Positions 56,575 to 64,000 of a DNA stretch of 64,000 nt are shown here, piece by piece. The translations under genes were made by a program, and so were the position numbers. The notes under the pieces are model-generated. The model saw only the letters and a list, made by a program, of their open reading frames with translations. It was not told the DNA's origin and ran no database searches. This DNA is from Minisyncoccota bacterium. GTDB lineage: Bacteria; Patescibacteriota; Minisyncoccia; Phycocordibacterales; UBA9973. The stretch is from the NCBI GenBank assembly GCA_041662205.1, contig JBAZSZ010000003.1:9772-73771 (forward strand). Direction: 5' to 3'. Every line of letters starts with the position of its first letter. Position 1 is the stretch's first letter.

Positions 56575-57396
56575 ATGTCAAAGCTTTCTGTGGGAATTGT
56601 GGGGTTACCGAATGTGGGAAAGTCCACGCTTTTTAATGCGCTTACCAAGAAAGGTGTGCCGGCAGAAAATTATCCTTTTTGTACAATTGATCCATCGGTT
56701 GGCATTGTGCCAGTGCCAGATGAACGCTTGACTAAGCTTTCAGAAATTTCTAAATCTAAAAAAACTATTCCGGCTGTAGTAGAATTTGTAGATATTGCAG
56801 GATTAGTGAAAGGCGCAAGTACTGGTGCTGGACTCGGTAATAAATTTCTTTCACATATTCGTGAAGTGGACGCTATCATTGAAGTAGTGCGAATTTTTGA
56901 AGATAAAGATATGATTCACGTTCATGATAAAGTTGATCCACTTTTTGATATAGAAGTTATAAATTTTGAACTTGAACAAGCAGGAATTAAAAAGCCTACT
57001 CTGTATGTTTTAAATACATCTGAAGCAGCTGATAGCATTAAGAAAGATTTTATAGCTAAACTCCCTGGTCCTCATTTAGAAGTTGATCCGATATTTGGTA
57101 CCGGATTGGATACTCTCATAAAAGCAAGTTATGATTTATTAAATTTAATTACTTTTTTTACTACGGGAGAGGATGAAACGCGTGCGTGGACCACGCTCCG
57201 CGACTCAACTGCGCCTTTTGCTGGCCGTTCTATACATACGGATTTTCAACAGAAATTTATCCGCGCAGAGGTGGTATCTTATGATCAACTTATTGAGGCT
57301 GGAAGTTTCGCCAAGGCTCGTGAGCGTGGCTGGGTTCGCACTGAAGGCAAAGAATATATAGTCCAAGATGGTGATGTTATAGAATTTTTGATATAA
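56575..57396 (+). CDS. ychF: Ribosome-binding ATPase YchF (Obg family), compact form
   Basis: G1 motif [12 protein letters not shown] and a C-terminal TGS-like segment (QDGDVIEFL). Start taken at MSKLSVG. Confidence 0.8.
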   Translation: MSKLSVGIVGLPNVGKSTLFNALTKKGVPAENYPFCTIDPSVGIVPVPDERLTKLSEISKSKKTIPAVVEFVDIAGLVKGASTGAGLGNKFLSHIREVDAIIEVVRIFEDKDMIHVHDKVDPLFDIEVINFELEQAGIKKPTLYVLNTSEAADSIKKDFIAKLPGPHLEVDPIFGTGLDTLIKASYDLLNLITFFTTGEDETRAWTTLRDSTAPFAGRSIHTDFQQKFIRAEVVSYDQLIEAGSFAKARERGWVRTEGKEYIVQDGDVIEFLI

Positions 57397-57398
57397 AT

Positions 57399-58409
57399 AT
57401 GAAAAATCAAAACCAAAAAGAACACAAGATTAAAATTTTTTATTCGAAAGACTGGCCCCTCGTCTCTGCTCGGGACAAGACAGGATATGAGCTCATTGAT
57501 ACAGGCGAAGGGGAAAAGCTAGAGAGATTCGGACCATACACTTTTGTTCGGCCTTATGAAGATGCGGTTTGGCCGAAAACTTTGGAAAATAAGGAATGGG
57601 CAAAAGCGGATGGAAAATTTTGGAGTTCAAAAGTTGGTGCGAAGGCTGGATGGAAAATGTCAAAGGTGGGCTTTGATCTGAAATCAAAGTGGGAGATGGA
57701 ATATAAAGGTATTAAATTTTTAGCTTTACCTACGCCCTTTAGGCATTTAGGATTTTTCCCCGAGCAGGCGAGTCATTGGGATTTTATCGAAGAAAAAATA
57801 AGCACTGCCACGGAACAGATGAAGAATTCTTTGGCTTTACTCCACCCTTCGGGCGGAACCTTCCGCCAGCAGAATTCTTCTTCTGCTCCGCGACCTAAAT
57901 TTCTAAATTTATTCGGCTACACTGGAGTAGCGAGTCTTTTTGCTCTTCGCGCTGGTGCGGAAGTTACGCATGTCGATGCTTCAAAGCAAACTTTGAATTG
58001 GGCGAAAGAAAATCAAAATTGTAATGCTTTGCTTGTTGGGGCGCCGATGCGAGTGATAGAAGATGATGTAATGAAATTTTTAGAACGAGAAATAAAAAGG
58101 GGAAATAAATACGATGCAGTCATAATGGACCCACCGAAGTTTGGCAGAGGACCCAAGGGAGAAGTTTGGAAAATTGAAGAAATGTTGCCGAAACTTTTAT
58201 CACAAGTGCAAAAAGTTTTAAGTGATAAACCTATTTTTGTAATTCTAACTTCTTATGCGATTGATTCTTCTTCGCTTTCTTTGGGTTACGCTCTTTTTGA
58301 TATAATGAAGAATTTAAAAGGTAATACTGAACAAGGAGAGCTTTGCGTGTTAGAAAAATCCAACAATCGCATTATTCCACTTGCTAATACGGCCGTATGG
58401 AGCGTATAA
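57399..58409 (+). CDS. Class I SAM-dependent RNA methyltransferase (RlmI/YccW-like)
   Basis: Motif I LNLFGYTGVASL and motif IV VIMDPPKF, typical of RlmI-family m5C methyltransferases. Confidence 0.6.
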   Translation: MKNQNQKEHKIKIFYSKDWPLVSARDKTGYELIDTGEGEKLERFGPYTFVRPYEDAVWPKTLENKEWAKADGKFWSSKVGAKAGWKMSKVGFDLKSKWEMEYKGIKFLALPTPFRHLGFFPEQASHWDFIEEKISTATEQMKNSLALLHPSGGTFRQQNSSSAPRPKFLNLFGYTGVASLFALRAGAEVTHVDASKQTLNWAKENQNCNALLVGAPMRVIEDDVMKFLEREIKRGNKYDAVIMDPPKFGRGPKGEVWKIEEMLPKLLSQVQKVLSDKPIFVILTSYAIDSSSLSLGYALFDIMKNLKGNTEQGELCVLEKSNNRIIPLANTAVWSV

Positions 58410-58418
58410 TTTGATTAT

Positions 58419-59432
58419 ATGATTGTAGTTGTTCTCTTTGTCATATTTATAGGTGTGGTCGCTTTTTTTATTAATCTTAATATAAATTATATGGAGCCAA
58501 ATCAAACACAAAATCAAGTAAGTTCTAAAACAAGTGCAAAAGATTTTTTTATAAATTTAGGCGCTATCGTTGCCTTAGGTTTTTTTGTCGGAAATCTCAT
58601 CAATCTTTTATTTACAATAATAAATAAGGCTTTCCCTCTCACTACTGGTTTTAATTTTTCTGGAAGTTCTTCGATTAGTTTTCCTGTAGCTTCTCTCATT
58701 ATTTTCTTTCCAGTTTATATTTTCCTCATGTATTTACTCGAAAAGGATTATGTTTTGGAACCAGAAAAGAGAAATGTCGGAATACGCAAATGGTTGACTT
58801 ATATTACTTTGTTTATTTCTGGATTTGCTTTAGTGGGGGATTTAGTGACAGTTTTATATTATTTTATTGATGGTCAAGATATCACAATGGGATTTATTCT
58901 AAAAGCTTTATCAGTCTTGATTATCTCCCTTTCAATTTTCTATTATTATATTTCTGAAGTACGAGGAAAAATGAACATGAGTTTACAAAAAAAATGGGCG
59001 CTTGGTTCAGGGATAATAATTATTGCTTGTATTATCTGGGGTTTTTCTGTTCTTGGTTCTCCTCGCAATCAGCAACTTTTAAAATATGATGGACAAAAAG
59101 TGAATGATTTACAGAGTATAGAAAATTCGGTTCAGGATTTTTACGTCACCAAAGGTGTTTTGCCAAATAATCTTGATGAACTATTAACTCAAAATTATTT
59201 TGTAAATACAATAGATTCCCAAACTCAAAAACCATACGAGTATGAAAAGACAAGTAAAACTACTTTTAGCTTGTGCGCGGAGTTCAATAAAGAATTAACT
59301 AAGGCTGATTTTGGGGCGCAGCCTATGATATTTGGTGGAAATACTTGGATTCATGGGGTTGGAAGATTTTGTTTTAATAAAACCATAAATCCAAATTTAT
59401 TTTCAAAGCCAATACCAGTGCCAGTGAGATAA
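58419..59432 (+). CDS. Hypothetical polytopic membrane protein (about 6 TM) with an extracytoplasmic C-terminal domain
   Basis: Hydrophobicity only. Confidence 0.45.
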   Translation: MIVVVLFVIFIGVVAFFINLNINYMEPNQTQNQVSSKTSAKDFFINLGAIVALGFFVGNLINLLFTIINKAFPLTTGFNFSGSSSISFPVASLIIFFPVYIFLMYLLEKDYVLEPEKRNVGIRKWLTYITLFISGFALVGDLVTVLYYFIDGQDITMGFILKALSVLIISLSIFYYYISEVRGKMNMSLQKKWALGSGIIIIACIIWGFSVLGSPRNQQLLKYDGQKVNDLQSIENSVQDFYVTKGVLPNNLDELLTQNYFVNTIDSQTQKPYEYEKTSKTTFSLCAEFNKELTKADFGAQPMIFGGNTWIHGVGRFCFNKTINPNLFSKPIPVPVR

Positions 59433-59433
59433 A

Positions 59434-62328
59434 ATGAAAGAATACGATCATAAGAAAATTGAAAAAAAGTGGCAGATTCTTTGGGAGAAAAAAGGAATTT
59501 ATCACGCCCAAAACAAATCTAAAAAAAAGAAATATTATAGTTTGATTGAATTTCCTTATCCATCGGGGGATGGTATGCACGTGGGACATATCAGAAGTAA
59601 TACCGCAATGGATATCATTTCCCGCAAGCGTAGAATGGAAGGCTTTAATGTGCTTTACCCCATAGGTTGGGATGCTTTCGGTTTACCTACAGAAAATTAT
59701 GCCATAAAGACAGGCAAACAACCTGCTGTTATCACAAAAAAGAATACAGATACTTTTAGGAGGCAGCTTCAGTCTATTGGTTTTTCTTTTGATTGGTCTA
59801 GAGAAATAAATACCACAGATCCAAAATATTATAAATGGACACAATGGATATTTTTACAATTTTTGAAAAAAGGTTTGGCTTATAAAGCGAAAATGACCAT
59901 TAATTGGTGTCCGAAAGATAAAATTGGCTTGGCAAATGAAGAAGTGATAAATGGATGTTGTGAACGTTGCGGAACTACTGTAGAACAAAGAGAAAAAGAA
60001 CAGTGGATGCTCGCGATTACTAAATACGCCGATAGACTCTATGAAGACTTAGATGATGTTGATTATCTTCCACAAATAAAACTCGGGCAGAGAAATTGGA
60101 TAGGGAAATCCGAAGGCGCAGAAATCGAATTTAAAATTTCTTCCCCTATCCCAGGGATGGGGGAAAAGGTGAAAGTTTTTACCACGCGTCCAGATACTAT
60201 TTTTGGGGCGACATATCTTGTGCTTGCGCCCGAGCACCAATTAGTCCAAAAATTAAAATCACAAATTCCAAATTGGAAAGAGGTGGAGAAATATATTGAG
60301 GAAACAAAAAGTAAAACTGAGATAGATAGAAAAATTGAAGACAAAATAAAAACTGGAGTTGAACTGAAAGGAATTAAGGCAATAAATCCGGCAACAAAAG
60401 AAGAAATTTCTGTGTGGATTGCAGATTATGTACTTTCAACATATGGCACAGGAGCGATAATGGCAGTTCCCGCACATGATGAGAGAGATTTTGCATTTGC
60501 AAAGAAGTATAATTTAGAAATCAAGAATGTTATTGAACCAATTTTTGTTAATAATCCAAAAGAAGATTTACACTTTGTTGAACGAGAAGCTATACATGCA
60601 ATAGTAAAACATTGGACAGAAGAAAAATATTTAGCTCTAAAGTGGAAAAAAGTCGACTGGCTAACTTTTGTAACTGGAGGGGTAGAATCTGGAGAAAATA
60701 CTAAAGATGCTGCAATACGAGAGATTCAAGAAGAAACTGGATATCAAAATATAAAATTAATTAAAGAGTTACCACGTTCACATAGTAAGTTTTATCATGA
60801 GCCCAAAAAAGAAAATCGTTTTGCTCATTTTTCTAACTTTTATTTTCAACTCATTAATGATGAACAAAAAGAATTATCTCAAGAAGAAAAAGAAATACAT
60901 GAATTAAGATGGATGACTATAGAAGATTTGGAAAAAGAGATGACAATAGGTGGTGCTTTACGAGATTTAGAAAATTTACAAGGTAAAGAAAAATTTTATC
61001 TGGGCAATGGTATAGTAACTAATTCTGGGAGATTTGATGGTCAGGATTCAGAAAAAGCTAAAAAGGAAATTGTAAAATTTGTCGGGGGGAAAATAAAAAC
61101 TACTTTTAAGCTTCGTGATTGGATTTTTTCTAGACAGCGATATTGGGGTGAACCTATTCCGGTAATTCATTGTGAAGATTGTGGAATGGTCCCTGTGCCG
61201 GAAAAAGATTTACCAGTAGAATTACCAAAAGTAAAAAATTATCAGCCGACGGATAGCGGGGAATCACCGCTCGCAAATATTGCAAAATGGGTGAACGTAA
61301 AATGTCCAAAGTGTAAAGGCAAAGCCAATAGGGAAACAGACACGATGCCAAACTGGGCTGGTTCTAGCTGGTATTATCTTCGCTATACAGATCCAAAAAA
61401 TAAAAAAGAATTTGCCAATAAAAAAAATCTAAAATATTGGACACCAGTGGATTGGTACAATGGAGGCAATGAACACACCACACTTCATCTTTTATATTCT
61501 CGTTTTTGGCATAAATTTTTGTACGATTTAAAATTAGTGCCGACAAATGAACCATATATGAAACGTACTTCACACGGTATGATTTTAGGTGGGGGAGGTG
61601 TAAAAATGTCAAAGTCTCTTGGTAATGTAATAAATCCAGACGATATAGTAAAAACATATGGTGCAGATACATTACGCCTTTATGAGATGTTTATGGGGCC
61701 TTTCAATCAATCCGTCGCTTGGAGTGAAGAAGCGATTATTGGGCCGAGAAGATTTTTGGAAAGGGTGTGGAAGATAGGGAAACAAGTTGCCGAGCCTGAT
61801 ACTTTTACTCAGTCGCTCGGTCCCTCGCTTCGCTCAGCCACTCCTTCGCAAAAGCATACAGGCTCGGCAATGTCTGTTTCAAAACTACTCAATAAAACTA
61901 TCAAGAAAGTAACCGAAGATATCGAAGAAATGCGTTTTAATACGGCAGTTTCGACGATGATGATCTTGGTAAATGAAATGGATAAAAACGAAGTTAGTAT
62001 AAAAGATTTTAAAAAATTCTTACAGATTCTTGCTCCATTTGCTCCACACATTACTGAAGAACTTTGGGGTGTATTGGGTGAGAAAAAAACAATTCATCTT
62101 TCAGAGTGGCCTAAGTGGGATAAAAATTTTATTCAAGATGAAGAGATAAAAATAGCAGTACAGATAAATGGGAAAGTTAAGGCAGAAATAATGATATTGC
62201 TTGATGAAGACGAAGAGTCAATAAAGAAAAAAGTCTTTGCCAATGAAACAGTTTTGAAACAAATAGCTGGCAAAGAAATAAAAAAAGTGTTTTATGTAAA
62301 AAATAGACTTTTAAACATAGTTTTGTAG
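59434..62328 (+). CDS. leuS: Leucyl-tRNA synthetase with an in-frame Nudix-hydrolase domain insertion after the editing domain
   Basis: HIGH (HVGH), editing-domain motifs, KMSKS. Between ...AHDERDFAFAKKYNLEIK and ...TNSGRFDG lies an insert of about 150 aa containing a perfect Nudix box, GGVESGENTKDAAIREIQEETGY. Total length 964 aa. Confidence 0.9.
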   Translation: MKEYDHKKIEKKWQILWEKKGIYHAQNKSKKKKYYSLIEFPYPSGDGMHVGHIRSNTAMDIISRKRRMEGFNVLYPIGWDAFGLPTENYAIKTGKQPAVITKKNTDTFRRQLQSIGFSFDWSREINTTDPKYYKWTQWIFLQFLKKGLAYKAKMTINWCPKDKIGLANEEVINGCCERCGTTVEQREKEQWMLAITKYADRLYEDLDDVDYLPQIKLGQRNWIGKSEGAEIEFKISSPIPGMGEKVKVFTTRPDTIFGATYLVLAPEHQLVQKLKSQIPNWKEVEKYIEETKSKTEIDRKIEDKIKTGVELKGIKAINPATKEEISVWIADYVLSTYGTGAIMAVPAHDERDFAFAKKYNLEIKNVIEPIFVNNPKEDLHFVEREAIHAIVKHWTEEKYLALKWKKVDWLTFVTGGVESGENTKDAAIREIQEETGYQNIKLIKELPRSHSKFYHEPKKENRFAHFSNFYFQLINDEQKELSQEEKEIHELRWMTIEDLEKEMTIGGALRDLENLQGKEKFYLGNGIVTNSGRFDGQDSEKAKKEIVKFVGGKIKTTFKLRDWIFSRQRYWGEPIPVIHCEDCGMVPVPEKDLPVELPKVKNYQPTDSGESPLANIAKWVNVKCPKCKGKANRETDTMPNWAGSSWYYLRYTDPKNKKEFANKKNLKYWTPVDWYNGGNEHTTLHLLYSRFWHKFLYDLKLVPTNEPYMKRTSHGMILGGGGVKMSKSLGNVINPDDIVKTYGADTLRLYEMFMGPFNQSVAWSEEAIIGPRRFLERVWKIGKQVAEPDTFTQSLGPSLRSATPSQKHTGSAMSVSKLLNKTIKKVTEDIEEMRFNTAVSTMMILVNEMDKNEVSIKDFKKFLQILAPFAPHITEELWGVLGEKKTIHLSEWPKWDKNFIQDEEIKIAVQINGKVKAEIMILLDEDEESIKKKVFANETVLKQIAGKEIKKVFYVKNRLLNIVL

Positions 62329-62423
62329 TTGTTTAAAAAGATAAATCTAGATATAATGAATACAACATATTAAATGTTTATAATTTATAGTCGTTGTTGT
62401 TTATTATTTTTTATTAAAAACTT

Positions 62424-64000
62424 ATGATTTCAAGCATATTTGACAAGATTTCATTTTGGGCATTATTTTTAGTGATAGTATTATTACCACTTTTCTGTTT
62501 ACCTTTTACCAATATACCGGTTGAGACTTCTAAAGGACTCCTTTTAGTTGTTGGGCTTGCAATATCTGTGATTTTTTGGGCAATAGCTAGATTCTCTGAT
62601 GGTAAAATAATTCTTCCAAAATCATGGCTTTTAGTTTCTGGTTTTAGTATAGCTTTGATATTTTTATTGTCCTCTCTTTTTTCCTCGAATCCTCTAGTTT
62701 CATTATTTGGTACGATGTTTGATATTGGATCTTTCTATTTTATTTTTGCTGGCTTTGTTTTGATGTTGATGTCTTCTGTCGTTTTTAAAAATCCTAAACA
62801 GGCTAAAATACTTTTACTTGGGGCAATCCTGTCTTTGGCTTTTGTTTCGATTTTTCAGGTTGTTCATTTATTTGCGCCTACATTCTCATCGCTTGGGATC
62901 TTATCTTCTAAAACAGGAAATATTTTAGGTTCTTGGAATGCGCTCGGGCTTTTTGCAGGCTTTTCTATTTTGATGTTTCTTTTTATAATTGAATTTTTTC
63001 CAACTTCTAGAAGAGAGAAAATTTTATTGGGAATATTTATTTTATTTTCTGCCCTTCTAATGATAGTGGTAAATTTTCAATTAGCTTGGGTGCTTTTTGG
63101 AATTTCTAATTTGATAATATTTGTCTATAAGGCGTCAATCGTTTCTCAAGTAAAAGAAGAGAATGAGGGGGGAAATCCTGTCTACATAGGTGGGAACAAA
63201 AGACAATTTCCTATTATACCTTTTGTAGGTCTGATGATATCCTTGTTATTTTTTATTTCTGGACAGTTTGTCGGTGGTGTTGTTTCAAATCGTTTACAGA
63301 TATCAAATACTGAAATTAATCCTTCTCTTAGCGCTACTATGTCCATAACCAAAGAAGTATTTGTTAAAAATCCATTACTGGGTACTGGTCCAAATAGATT
63401 TGGTGTTGCTTGGTCAATGTATAAACCTTTTGCCATAAACAATACCCAATTCTGGGACACCACTTTTGATTCAGGTTCAGGATTATTACCTACCTTAGTT
63501 TCTACCGCTGGGATTCCCGCTATTCTAGCTTGGATTATTTTTCTTATTTTGTTTTTAATTATTGGAGTAAGGTCAGTTTTTTCTAGTATTAAAAATGGTA
63601 AAAATTGGGAGATGGTAGTATTTTTTGTATTATCCTTATATTTATTTGTTGCTTCATTCTTTTATTTTACTGGATCAGTAATTTTCCTATTAGCGCTTGC
63701 ATTTGCTGGGGTATTTATTGGATTAACTACTTCTAATTCCAATAAAGAAATATCAATATCATTTTTAGAAGATCATAGAAAAAGTTTTTTCTCTATTTTA
63801 TTACTCATCTTGCTTATGATTTTTTCTGCCTCTCTTTCATTTATGTATATAGAACGTTTTGCTTCTGTTTATTATTTCAGAAAATCCCTCTCCGCCACGA
63901 CCATTTCAGACGCAGAAGTTTATATTAACAAAGCACTTTCTTTATATTCAAATGATCTATATTTGCGTACTTATTCACAAATATACCTTATTAAGTTAAA
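62424..64000 (+). CDS. Large polytopic membrane protein, tentatively O-antigen ligase/Wzy-like (partial, runs off window end)
   Basis: Reading frame stays open from the ATG at 62424 to the window end by manual translation. More than 12 TM helices. Family assignment tentative. Confidence 0.4.
   Translation, partial: MISSIFDKISFWALFLVIVLLPLFCLPFTNIPVETSKGLLLVVGLAISVIFWAIARFSDGKIILPKSWLLVSGFSIALIFLLSSLFSSNPLVSLFGTMFDIGSFYFIFAGFVLMLMSSVVFKNPKQAKILLLGAILSLAFVSIFQVVHLFAPTFSSLGILSSKTGNILGSWNALGLFAGFSILMFLFIIEFFPTSRREKILLGIFILFSALLMIVVNFQLAWVLFGISNLIIFVYKASIVSQVKEENEGGNPVYIGGNKRQFPIIPFVGLMISLLFFISGQFVGGVVSNRLQISNTEINPSLSATMSITKEVFVKNPLLGTGPNRFGVAWSMYKPFAINNTQFWDTTFDSGSGLLPTLVSTAGIPAILAWIIFLILFLIIGVRSVFSSIKNGKNWEMVVFFVLSLYLFVASFFYFTGSVIFLLALAFAGVFIGLTTSNSNKEISISFLEDHRKSFFSILLLILLMIFSASLSFMYIERFASVYYFRKSLSATTISDAEVYINKALSLYSNDLYLRTYSQIYLIKL

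Noticed and set aside
60125-60165. cccctatcccagggatggggg inside leuS resembling the GAATTC-core palindrome family
   Set aside because: It lacks the GAATTC core and the symmetric outer arms. It encodes SSPIPGMGEK and is most likely coincidental.

Overview
This is a low-GC (~30%) bacterial window with small genes, weak Shine-Dalgarno usage and gene content typical of a Patescibacteria/CPR-like genome: SecDFG, FtsEX, SEDS protein, Zwf/Pgl, GatCA, RF2 and many secreted or membrane hypotheticals. It opens on the tail of an rRNA operon (a probable 23S 3' end plus a clear 5S rRNA), then runs through housekeeping blocks: a SEDS protein, folD, PAP2, dedA, secDF, lemA, htpX, gatCA, prfB-ftsEX-pyrG, an ECF sigma pair, pgl-zwf, RNase J, secG, a csoR-copA copper operon, ychF and leuS. 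Accessory patches sit between these blocks. I call six tRNAs by eye: two CAT, Asp-GTC, Thr-GGT, Thr-CGT and a minus-strand Gln-CTG. The strongest unusual observations are: (1) a complete Nudix hydrolase domain with a textbook Nudix box inserted in-frame into leuS; (2) two promoters carrying the same ATACCC-N5-GGGTAT operator (CsoR-type), one at csoR-copA and one at a distant SHOCT/DsrE pair; (3) a Cas2/VapD-like small gene exactly flanked by identical 20-bp perfect palindromes, next to a papain-like peptidase; (4) a GC-rich three-gene island encoding a guanylate-kinase-like P-loop kinase, a PreA/DHOD-like flavoprotein with a fused 2x[4Fe-4S] domain, and a Zn ribbon; (5) a tRNA-Asp whose 3' 20 nt are duplicated 170 bp downstream across a GC-rich insert, followed by an 11-bp inverted repeat (probable integrative-element scar) and adjacent to a membrane-anchored HEPN-like protein; (6) a tandem-DUF4430 / prenyltransferase-repeat surface-protein operon. 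Other oddities include REP-like palindromes with a GAATTC core, an A9G8 tract, an N-terminally truncated RF2 without a frameshift site, and a CYTH-TruD operon. No CRISPR array, transposase or integrase was seen. Non-ORF coordinates were hand-indexed and may be off by 1-2 nt.
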